In this document: positions 50,504 through 64,000 of the stretch, one piece after another
How the letters are laid out: each line of letters begins with the position of its first letter
How positions within the stretch are numbered: position 1 is the stretch's first letter
Origin: Octopus sinensis
Taxonomy: Eukaryota
Reading direction: 5' to 3'
DNA: 64,000 nucleotides
NCBI RefSeq assembly: GCF_006345805.1
Contig: NC_042998.1
Span: 188,170,001-188,234,000, forward strand
The notes under the pieces: model-generated
Seen by the model: the letters and a program-made list of their open reading frames with translations, nothing else
Told to the model about the DNA's origin: nothing
The model's database searches: none
Program-made: the position numbers and the translations under genes

Positions 50504-52589
50504 CGTGACCGACTAGATTATCGGATGTTGTTATACATTGCCGGATACAATGCTCATTGCATCGTTTTAGTTTTCGAATGATGTCACCTCGCTGACCATG
50601 CGAGCAGCCCTTACATTTCCCCTGATCTGAGGCTATTCCGGACTTACTACCAGTGCTGCTGTTGCTGCCGCAGCTGCTGTTGTTTTTGTCGCTGTTGCTG
50701 TTACCATTGGATACGTTGTTAGTGCTACTGTTGATGCTGCTGCTCCCATCACTGTCGCTGTTGTCGATACTGCCGGACACCTCCTCGGCCTCATAGACCA
50801 CCGCCTCTGAGTTGCATCGACCCCATCACTGGGCATTGCATGGGCATCATGCTTCTGTACCGGGTTTAGATGTGTTCACTAAAATTTTTTTTAATGCTGT
50901 GTGAATAACTGAAAGAGGCTCTAAAGTTGTGCTTATTAAACAATCATCCGCCCCAATAGGATTGCTTGAAGTGCTTGTCCGCTAATCTAAGGAATATTAT
51001 TCTCATACTGGTCTCGATATTGGATGAAAAGGGTTAGGCGAACCAAATGACTTTACTGTGGCGTCTCATTTTGTGGAAGCTAGGCCTCGGCATAAAGGGA
51101 GCAAGGATCCCGGTGAGCTGGCCTGGTTCGGAGACGTTATTAAACTCCAGAAGTGAGGTATTTAGTTGATGCCCGCATCAAAGGAAATTCATGTTTAAAA
51201 CATGGCAATCCCTGCTTACCGAAAATCATGCATATGCTGATCATTTCAGAATCAGCTGGAACCGATTTAAGGGCGATAACTCCATCTCCTCCCCGAAACA
51301 TTGTTGTTCAGTAGAATTTTTGAGTACGACCATGGCTGACGAAGACCTTATCCTACTTCCAGTTGCAGAGAGATTATGTGCCTCCGGGCAATGAGTATGA
51401 CGGTCCACCTATACCGCTAAGAACGTTATACGTGCGAAGCAAATGGCCAATTCTGTAATGTAACCGGTACGTTTGTAGGATGAGCTACACAAAATGATGC
51501 TAAGAAAAGAAGAGCTGGCTGCATTGAATGAAAATGTATTAATATGGTTGACAGACTATTAGTTTATTATATGAAATCGCGCTTTAGTGAGCAAGTAGAT
51601 GTAGCGAGCTACCCATTCATACTCAAGAAGATGCCCATCTTTTTAATCAGTGTAGGAATCTCTCTGTGTACAGAAGCATAGCCATACTTGATTCATGACA
51701 GATGCTTTTGTGGGAGCTTTACCTATCAGACACAAACCAATAGCATGAAACTTCCCAACCAAGAAATGAAAGACGGGAGGTCAACTAATTTCTCGTGCCC
51801 AGCAAAAAATAAAACAAAAAAAAAACAAAATTAAAAATTGGAATACATTGATCTTAAATGTAATGAAGTTACAAAATGTCAGCCATCAAGACCATGCAAT
51901 GTAGAATAGCAGGTTTCCAATGACTCACTTTGTCTTCCATAAAATACTCACTATGAATCGTTTACTTTAGAAGCCTGCACCCAATGGAAAAGTTTCTTAT
52001 GCAGTGCGCTTGGTGAGGATAAGGAAATAATAAGTGGAAGAAGGGAGATATAGAAGGTCAAATTTGTAAGTAATGCTCAAGTGGAAGTCAAAGGAAGTAA
52101 AAAAAAAAATGGAATCAGGAGGTAGAAGACGTAAGGAACTGAGTTGTACATATATATGACAGCAGAAATTTCATAGCAGGGTGAACATCTTGACTAGCAC
52201 ACATAATATTGTTCAGATATTTGCAAAACTGTATGGTTAGAAGAGTGGCTGGGTGACTTAAAGTGAATAGTTGAAGCCGTGAAAGGGCTGGTAGTTGTAC
52301 CGAGCAATCTTTGACCATTACCATTAGAAATATATATACCTTTATATCTTCTACCTTGCTCTCCCTTTCTTTTCAATCTTCCTTTACTGTCTTTTTGTTC
52401 TTATATGTGACCACAAAACTGCAGGCGTGCGTATTATCATGAAACTCATAGGAATATATGTATTCTAAAGTAATTTATGTCCTTGCTATGAAATTATCTT
52501 CGGCCAACCATAGCTGACATTTGCGCAAAGGAATATGTATGCAATGGGATCAGATTTTGAAGTATGTGGTTTCTAACCGGAGTACTGAA

Positions 52590-53960
<1,371 letters not shown>

Positions 53961-54058
53961 GGTGTGCGTACTTGTGTAAGCATGATGTGCGCACTTGTTT
54001 GCGCGTATATACGAAATTACAAATAGCAGTATCTCCATTCATATATATATATTTTTTC

Positions 54059-54456
54059 ACTTGTTTCAGTCATTTTGACTGCGGCCATGCTGGAGCACCG
54101 CCTTTAATCGAGCAACTCGTCCCCGGGACTTATTCTTTGTAAGCCCAGTACTTATTCTATCGGTCTCTTTTGCCGAACCGCTACGGTGACGGGAACATAA
54201 ACACACCAGCATCGGTTGTCAAGCAATGCTAGGGGGACCAACACAGACACACAAACATACACGCACATACATATTTATATATATACATATATACGACGGG
54301 CTTCTTTCAGTTTCCGTCTACCAAATCCACTCACAAGGCTTTGGTCGGCTCGAGGCTATAGTAGAAGACACTTGCCCAAGGTGCCACGCAGTGGGACTGA
54401 ACCCGGAACCATGTGGTTGGTAAACAAGCTACTTACCACACAGCCACTCCTGCGCC
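54059..54456 (-). mobile_element. SINE family C full length
   Basis: Near-identical to 14743-15181. Confidence 0.92.
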
Positions 54457-55168
54457 TATATATATATCTATATATATTGTCTGCAGACAATTCATTTCGG
54501 TTTGATACGCAAAACATCAGCTTTAGATGATAATTGTTCATATTTCTAGACCGATTACTTGTGTTTGCATGTGCTGCGAACCGTATTTTGAAAATATTAA
54601 TGTGCACATATAAACACACATATGCATATATGAATTTTTCTGATTAGATATCTACACAATAAATTTAGCGAAAACTGCTAAATAATCTTTGTCAGTAACA
54701 GACTGGATATTTTACCGACTGATTGGTCAACTGGTTCATTGGTGGCCTTATAAAACCTTTTATGTTTCTAATCGAAGCGTTCAAAAAAGAATGCCGACCA
54801 CTTTGGTTTCCGTTTGTAACAGCATTTCATGATTTTCAACGGTGAATTATTATGTCTACGAGCTGATACAATCTTCCCAGCCATCTTTTCATTTGCTTCG
54901 TTATATGTTGCTTTCAAATATTTTACCATAGGCATACATAAATAAGTTCACAATCTACGTATTTGTTGTATATGTGGTTGAGCATTGAAACTCCCTCAGA
55001 TATCAGTTGCAATATATTAATATACAATAAAATTATGCCAACTGACTGTACACACACACGCATACACACAATGCTGCAACTGATTTGTGAAAACGGAATA
55101 AATGGGCAGGAAATAATTCTAGAGGGACAAGGAAATTCTTTCGGAGACAAGTAAAATCAACAAAGGTG

Positions 55169-55861
55169 CTAATATACTTCTCTGTAATGTGACTAAATAG
55201 CAGTATCGGTAGCACGCCGTGACTAAATAGCAGAATCGTTAGCACATCGGGCAAAAGGATTAGCGGCATTTGCCTTTAATTCTTTCGTGGTCAGTCGATA
55301 AACTAAGTACCAGTTGATTACTAATATACTTCTCTGTAAGGTGACTAAATAGCAGAATCGATAGCACGCCGAGAAAAATTCTTAATGGTATTTCGTCAAA
55401 TTTTGCGGAGGTCGACATTGCCTTTTATCGTTTCGGGGTCGATAAGATAAGTTCCATTTAAGTACCAGGGTCTATGCAATCGACTTTTCTCTTCCCTCAA
55501 AATTTTGTGTCTGTAGTAAGAAAATGAATATTACTTCTCTGTAAGGCGGTAAGCTGGTAGAATCGTTAGCACATCGGGCAAAAGGATTAGCGGCATTTGC
55601 CTTTAATTCTTTCGTGGTCAGTCGATAAACTAAGTACCAGTTGATTACTGGAGATGACATAATCAACTTACTCCCGCTTCCAAAATTGCTGGCCTTGTGC
55701 CAAAAATTTGAAACCAATATTACTTCCCCGTGTGAAGGCAGCGACTTTACCTTTCATCCTTTTGGGGTAGATAAAATAAGTGTCAGTTGTACACAGGGGT
55801 CGATTTAATCGACCTACCCTCACCCCCGAGCTTGGACTTGTGCCAACATTTGAAACCAATA
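55169..55861 (+). repeat. Tandem mosaic array of SINE B-derived units
   Basis: Four AATA(T)TACTTC-type junction motifs; exact 91-bp duplicate 55232-55322 = 55559-55649. Confidence 0.85.
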
Positions 55862-56759
55862 TGTCATGTATATTTATGTGCACATATGTTGAATTTTACG
55901 AAGAATAAGTTACATAAACTCCAAAGGAAGAATATATCTCATAATGCTCTTGCAGTTCTAATGCTAGAACGTAAGAGAACGTACTACAGGCAAAAATTTC
56001 GAAATGTTTTATGTATTACTTCAATTTTATAAGTGGCTTGTAATTGTAATTTCCTCCTGGATTTCTGAATCCCTGCTTCTCAAGATCGGTGCTGAAATAA
56101 TTACATTACCATATACTTCAATACTCATAGGTATAGATCTAAAGTTATTGTCTGAGTTAATATCCACTGATACTAAATTCGTTATACAAGTTTTTTTCTG
56201 TTTATCTTTAACATCTGCTGCACATCTGATTGCTATAACTGAGCACATTTTCTTTTCACTACCACATATTGTTTTTAATTTGTTTTGCTCATATTTTACA
56301 AAGGTTTTAACAGGGATATTCCTATAGCATTCTTATTAGGCGTGGGCATATAGAAAATTATGAATATGTAGCTTAATGCGTACATAGATGCTCTCAGTAT
56401 CACTGTTGGTATAGAAGTAAACACTAGTGGCTAGTGTTTACTTCATCTTAATGCCAAGTTGCAAATCTACGCTACTGTACCGTCTAGTATGTCAACTATT
56501 AGTATTTGTAAGGAAACTAAAAATATTAAGCTATTTAATCGCAGAATTCGAGTCAATAACTAACGGACTGAGGACTTGTCTCTTCGAGAAAATCAGTTCT
56601 ATTGTGAATGTATGGGTGAGTTAACGTGTACATATATGTAGGCTCGTATGAAGATATTTTAGCTCTTATGTAATGGATGTGCATGTATCTTCAGTACCCA
56701 CGAGTGTATTTTTATTACTCTTTAAGTATGTGTACGTATGCTATAAGATTCTGCGATTG

Positions 56760-57650
56760 TGTATACATTCATTTCAAGAAACTCAAATGAATAATCCTTG
56801 GGATATTTTCTACTTATCTACATTGTGCTATTAATCAATTGTATTTGAGGATACGAATGAGTTTATTTTGTTCTTTCTTGGAGAACCTTAACATTTTTAG
56901 GCTTTTATGCGAGTCGGCTGTTATACAGCTCAGTTCACCTATAATAATAGATCATCATCATCATCGTTTAACGTCCGTTTTCCGCGCTAGCACGGGTTGG
57001 ACGGTTAGACCGGGGTCTGGGAAGCCAGGGGCAGCACCAGGCTCCAGTCTGATCTGGCAGTGTTTCTACAGCTGGATGCCCTTCCTAACGCCAACCACTC
57101 CGCGAGTGTAGTAGGTGCTTTTTACGTGCCACCTGCACAGGTGCCAGGGGGGGGGGTCTGGCATCGGCCACGATCGGTTGGTGCTTTTAACGTGCAACCG
57201 GCACGGAAGCCAGCCAAGGTGGCGCTGGCATCGGCCAGATGTAAATAAAAATCTATAGTCTGTACGTTTTTTTATTTGTTCACCATAGTTCTGTTTTTCT
57301 CCAATTTTAGTTGAAACATTTCCATTGAATGAGTAGCTCATCTGTCTAACAGTGCGTTATTTTTGCTCCCAGTCTCATAGAACAGTGTCTGGCCTATTCG
57401 TATTTAATTAGATTGCTGTTTTCATTGGAATGTTCCTTCAGTTCCTTTATTTTGAACGTTACGGTCTTGGTGTGCTTTGGTGTGGCTATCAAAGCACTTC
57501 TTCTTGAGGACAGCATTGTAGATGATTTTAGTGACAATGTTGTGTCTCATGTGAAGGTAATGTTTAGCGTGCATTTTGTGGTAAGCTGCTTGATCCGTCT
57601 GTTACTACACAAAGAAGCCGTTCCACATTTTACTTCTGCCTAACATAATC
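56760..57650 (-). mobile_element. RLE LINE 3' region interrupted by a SINE D insertion
   Basis: KMHAKHYLHMRHNIVTKIIYNA...NIPMKTA..NRPDTV...KIGEK.NYGE...YRFLFTS | IIIGELSCIT...LKMLRFSKKEQNKLIR. Confidence 0.8.
56953..57236 (-). mobile_element. SINE family D fragment with 4-bp TSD (AGAT)
   Basis: AGAT at 56949-56952 and 57237-57240; (ATC)n tail; internal repeated TGGCATCGGCCA unit. Confidence 0.85.
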
Positions 57651-57654
57651 ACCA

Positions 57655-57686
57655 CAGAGCTGCTGCTGCTACTACTGCTACTACTG

Positions 57687-57750
<64 letters not shown>

Positions 57751-58815
57751 ACTTGAAGCTAAATGAAACAACGTACATGTTTAATTATTAACGAAAATAT
57801 AAACGTCATTTATAAGGTAAATTGAAAGAAATCGTTTTTTTCCCCCTCATAATATTCATTCAGATGTAAATCGCATTGGATTCGGTTTTTTTTTCTGTCA
57901 ATACAAACATCGCATTGGTCGGGACAGATATGTAAAGATGAGGTTATTGATCTAAAAATAATTTGGTTAATCAATGGTTTATTGAGTTCAAAAATGTAGG
58001 TGTGTGGAAAAAATCTGAAATAATTCGATGCGTGTCTTAAGGATATTTGTGCATAGCAGTTAGATAAATTGTCAATATTTTTATGTTGCTGAGTTGCACT
58101 TTGAATTCTCACCTTTTCTGGTTCATTACAAATTTCCAATGTTAAAACGTATTTTTGCTGTTCAGTAAAGCATTTTTGCAGCTATGTCTATCACTACAGC
58201 TAATCGAATAAATGATTATTATGTTCATGTATATGAAAATAAATGTCTATTTGAAACTCAAACTGAAATGAATACATTTTAAAAAAATGACATTACATAA
58301 AATAAATGAAAAAAAGAAAGTGATTAGCCATAAATATCTGAGAGTTAAACAGTACTGGACGTCAGAGATTTGTGACAATAACAATTTCACATGCATTTGT
58401 GAAGTAAACGAAATAGCTACAACTTGGAATAGAAATAGACTCTGCATGCTTGGAGCTTACTGTACGTAGGAATTTAGTAATATTACATTGCACAATAATA
58501 AACATACGCATGCATACGTTTGTATGTGTGTGTTTGTCTGTTTGTGTGTGTATGCACGTACATACATTCATGCATGTACATATCTATGTGCATACATGGT
58601 TAACTATGGCTGTGTACATGGAGTTCTAATCCTTTTTATGATGACTGATAAGTCATGGTGAGGTTTAAACTAACATGGTGAGGTTTAAACCTACCGGTTT
58701 CACCAGTCCATTGCCTTATACTAGCACTTTGTTTTGGACTCCAAAAGCATGAAAGGCAACGTGATCCAGAACGAATTTTGAACCCAAAACACTTATGCCA
58801 ATTTGCCGATTCTAT

Positions 58816-58885
<70 letters not shown>

Positions 58886-59124
58886 CACTACTACTTAAAA
58901 AACGGTCCCCTTGCAACTTAGAGTTTCGTAGGCTCGTGACAAGAAGCTAGATCGTTGCTTGAGCCTGAAGAGCTGGGCTGTGCCTCTTTCTTTCGTGTTC
59001 CTACTCACTCGTATATATATATATATATATATATAAATATATAATGGACCGTCCGTGGTCCATAAAATAAAGTTTATATTGTTGAAGTTATCGACTATCC
59101 CCTTCCCTCAAAATTCCAAGTTCT

Positions 59125-59185
<61 letters not shown>

Positions 59186-59195
59186 CATTATTATT
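57655..59195. repeat. Trinucleotide tracts: (CTG/CTA)n 57655-57750, (CTA)n 58815-58895, (ATT)n 59127-59195
   Basis: Direct reading. Confidence 0.9.
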
Positions 59196-62100
59196 TTATA
59201 AGTTTAGAGTAAAATCTTCCTAGATAGTGCCCTAAACTTTAACTCGCTGGAAGCTCTTAAGCTGGACTGTAAAGGGTCAGTCTTCTCACATCGGTTCATG
59301 ATAATTCTGCTGGAGGAGTACTCAGCGACTTACACTCTAATTCCTAGAATAGGTTGTTCATTTGATTGGGATAACTGGAATATTCGCAGTCATATGTGGT
59401 GGCGATTCCTTTACTTCAGTATATCTATATAATAATATGATATATAATAATATTAAAAAATATCGGCAAAACCATAACGGAAAATAAATCAGGAACATAT
59501 TTTAAAATAAATAGACATATTTTACATAAAATCATATATTACCATCAAGTAAACTATGACAAAATCTGTTTGAAAATGATCGTTTCATTAGAAAAAAGAG
59601 TGAACTGAAGAAATATCAGGTTTTGAATTAAGGCTGTAGAAAATTTCATTCAAGAATCCTGAACCATACGAATTTAAAGTGAAAACCAAAACAGAGACAG
59701 AGTTTACCAAACTATTATTAAGTGTATCTCATCATACGAGAATCAGGATGATAACATTTTAATCTCCAGACGATTGATGTAATGGTTCTTGACTCATTCA
59801 TTGTATATGTATATGTATTTCGCTTTACGTTGAGAAGCAGAGCACGGTGACAGAATTTTGGACTCGGATGAAATATAACAGACTGCTCCAAACCGTCGTT
59901 GGAATATTCGCATAAGTGGAGTCTGGGCTGGCAAGTTTGTACTGGCATCGATATGTAATAAGTTGTAATAAGGGAATCTATATATACCTACACACACGTA
60001 CACACACACACACGCACTCACACATACACACACACACATACATTTCGCATTTTTATTTATGCTCGTAAGTGGCTCTTACCCGGCTTCTCAGGGTTAAGGT
60101 GGCCCACCTTGTCAGTTTATAAGAGTTACCGTCGAAATTGCACGCTGATTTCATAAATGGTAAACGTGAAAATTGTAAATAATAATGGTGACTTATTCAC
60201 AATTTACAGCAACGAGACAGAACTATAGACGTTACTAAAGAGACTACAGGTACTACTTAGCACCAGCATTGCTAGAAATAAGAGTCAAAACAATTCATAG
60301 CCACGATAAAGCACTTATCTTATGACTGACAAGGGAGGCAAGCTCCTTACAACGTCTAGAGTATAGCCAGATCACCAGTGATTTGACCAAATCTTCATCA
60401 ATATCTTAAAAATGGATATAATCCTAAACAAAATGGGGTGATCACGATTGGAACACCTTTGATCATAAGTCTGTATTAGTCAGGGTTGATCTAAACATCA
60501 ACAATAACATCGATGTAATTAAGCCAAAATATATTTATATTTGCTGAGGCATGCATGGAAATGAGGTAAAGAAATTTACTTCTGAAACTACATTTTTCGA
60601 CTTCGATCCGGCTGCTCGGCATGTGTGCATGTGTGTCAGTGCTTGTGTTCTTGTAGTGAAACAAATAGATATCGACAAAATAAGTAACAGACTGAAATAA
60701 GTTCACGGTTGTAATATGATCGATTAAATCCTTGATATCGGCACCGCAGCAGTTCAGTGATTTGCATCCATAAGATAATAAACATTGTAAATAGAATAAA
60801 TGATAAATAACTATAATCCTTGATAGAACCAAGTCATTATTCTTAAAAATTAAACTTCACTTGCGCTATTTCCACGTAAAAAATTATAACAAATTCAGTT
60901 ATATATTTGTTGCATATCCATGATTATATTTGTGTACTTATACATCTGTAGCAATAGATGTATAACTATAGTATGTGATGTAAACTTATAAGTGATTGTT
61001 TTCTGAAGAATTGACTATTTCATAGAAATAATTTTAATAATGTGTAGTAAGGTTGTATGCATGATTATAAATTGAACCAAAGTGGTATAGTTACAAATAT
61101 ATAGCAATCAATTTCTTATCTTGAAATATATCAATACGTTTGATTCAATTTAATTCTTGAATATTGAGAAATCTGTACAAAGCATATACAGGTTAAATGT
61201 GAGTATGTTTGTGTGTGCACGTGTGTGTAGGAGGTGGGGTTCAAATTGACATTTTAGAATAAGCAAAATAGTATCTAAACATCTAAACATTGATGTGCGG
61301 ATTCCCTAGTATTCTTTTAAAGAAACTAGATAAATATCTGAATTTAGATTTTAAAGTAACACAACATATATATATATATCCTGAAAAATTCAAATAAATT
61401 TCAGTAATAAGTAGATAAGAAACCGGCATTTCGAATTCCGCATCTCATACTGTGCTGCTCTTTAAAGAAAGAATGAGAGATCTGTTCAGTTGTGAACTAC
61501 TGAAGTAACTGAAAATAATTTTACATTACGGACACCGAATCTAGCCATAAGAGAAAGAATGTAAGACAATGTTTTCTAGTATCATTGTTTAATGTAATGA
61601 AACTTCTTTCAGAAACAGTTTATAACATTCTAATGAATATCCAATACTTGCTTCAGTAAAATAAAGATCAAAGGCTTGAGTTATGGTACCTTGGAGAATA
61701 TTTTTATAGCATACAATATATTTTCTGCAAGTGATTCATGTGAAATCTTCACCGACGACTAATGCTGAACTTATTTTATATAAATGTTGCAATTTTGTTA
61801 AGTTAGCAAGTAACTTCATTGATGTATTAACTGTAGTAGAGTTTTAACGTTTACAGACAATTTGATAGTATGTTACTGGGAATGATATCTCATCACTATT
61901 ATCTGTTATACCAAATAGTAAAATGAGCGAAAGTTTCACGTTCTTTTTTTAAATATCCAAGATCTCTGTCATGTAAAACCAATTCCCAATGAAATCAACA
62001 AGTACCACAAATATATCTTACACCACGATATTATAATCATGTGTGAAAATAATAATAGAAAGAAGTGGGGGATTTTGAAAGAAATAAAGAACTACAAAAA

Positions 62101-62384
62101 AAATGACAAGAAAACGAAGGAAGATTTGAAAGAACATTTAGGAAAAATAGAAAAAAAACGAAAATGTAAGGAATCAGCATAAACAGTTATAATTAAGGAA
62201 CTAACGAAGATAACATTTGAGATAAATATATGAAGGTTGAGAGAGTGAGAGTGAAAGAGGTAAAGAGGTAAAGATAGATAAAATATAAAGAATGTGTAAA
62301 TGTGCAAAGACAGAAATGCTGAAGAAAAAAGTACGTGAAAGTAGGGGGGAAAAAGGGATTATATGTATATAAGCATATGTGAAT

Positions 62385-63050
<666 letters not shown>

Positions 63051-64000
63051 GTGTGTGTGCGTGTAAACTATATATGTACCTATATCGATGAGTTTGTTCT
63101 CGTGTATATATGTGTGGTTGGGAGAGAACCAGCGATAGATAGAGAGGAAGTGATCGAGCGCGAGTGAATGAGAGAGTGTTGGAGATAGTAAATGGAGAGC
63201 ACGGTTTTAAATAAAGAAAATAAATAAATTAGACGAATGAGCGAAAAAAATATACTCGTTGGTTTTTAGGAAAAAAATATTTCTTCAGTGCACATTGATC
63301 ACGTGGTGAGGGTATGGCACCGTAACCTGCAGTTCATGCAAAATTCTAAATCGTTAATGCAGTTGTTGTTGCTGCTATTACTGTATTGGTTACTGTTGTA
63401 ATCTTACCGAAACTTAAGTGAGTAAAAGATCCAAACAAACTGCATATTTTACGCTTTATTTTCTGTGCGTACTGTTGTATGTAAACCGATGGCTGTTTGC
63501 TATTCTCTGTTCGTGTGTTTATGTTTGTTATATCCTTACACTTCCAGAAACCTTTTTTCAGGAATAGGAAGTAGAAAGCGTTAGCAAATAACTCAATAAA
63601 CTAAAAGATAGAAAGATTGAGACAGAGTTTGGTGTTTCTTGTTTGTTTTATCATAGTTTACCATTTTGGTAATTTTACCCTTGTCTATTTTCATACATTC
63701 AGTTCCAAATAAAAATGCTTTGGCTTGCTACGAAGAAAGTCTTTGACATTTTCCTAAGATACTTGCCTTCGGCTAAAGAATTGGCGTCGTCTTTGGTTGG
63801 TTTATTGTTTTTGCTAATTGTTAACTGCTATTGGAGTTATTTATATTGTTGCTCTCGTTGCTCCGAGTGTTAATATTGTTGATCCCTCGCCTTTTTTTGT
63901 TTATTATTGTTACTGTACTGTTATTAATATTGCAATTCTTTTCTATATTAAAGAAGTAATGGCGAAGATGGATTCTGATTCTTGTCAAAACATACACACA

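Noticed and set aside
50259-50836. 180-aa Ser/Asn- or Ala/Thr-rich ORFs
   Set aside because: Low-complexity (GCT/GTT) sequence running into SSR. It may be a Tx1 ORF1-like remnant, but there is no diagnostic motif.
56027-56327. Overlapping open frames on both strands with a donor-like G|GTAATG
   Set aside because: No recognisable domain, poor polypyrimidine tract, and no partner exons.
57412-57556. Apparent plus-strand exon (AG acceptor, AAG|GTAATG donor, open frame)
   Set aside because: It is the antisense of an RLE LINE knuckle/endonuclease region on the minus strand.

Overview
AT-rich eukaryotic non-genic DNA (intergenic or deep intronic), almost entirely transposon debris and microsatellites. 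The repeat repertoire (tRNA-headed SINEs with internal (TA)n(TG)n, RLE-type LINEs ending in (AAT)n, many mariners, very dense SSRs) suggests an octopus/coleoid cephalopod genome; this is recall, not a database result. I find no supportable host protein-coding exon. Most six-frame ORFs are microsatellite read-throughs or decayed TE ORFs. Recognisable elements: a Tx1/L1-like LINE remnant; several R4/Dong-like restriction-like-endonuclease (RLE) LINE pieces; CR1- and Jockey/L2-like fragments; three mariner copies; a mariner MITE; a rosa-type (DD41D-like) foldback derivative; and four SINE families (my labels A-D). The best candidate for an undescribed system is 11408-11723: a fold-back element with a head-to-head tRNA-type Pol III head, an internal (AAT)n and a 3' module that folds as a minimal type I hammerhead ribozyme of the kind known from Penelope-like elements, i.e. 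a possible ribozyme-bearing, Penelope-mobilised SINE. This copy has a core substitution and may be inactive. Other highlights: a 5'-inverted RLE LINE, a perfect 54-bp palindrome at a LINE deletion junction, (AAT)n tracts that collect several RLE LINE families, and young inverted SINE pairs that could form dsRNA.
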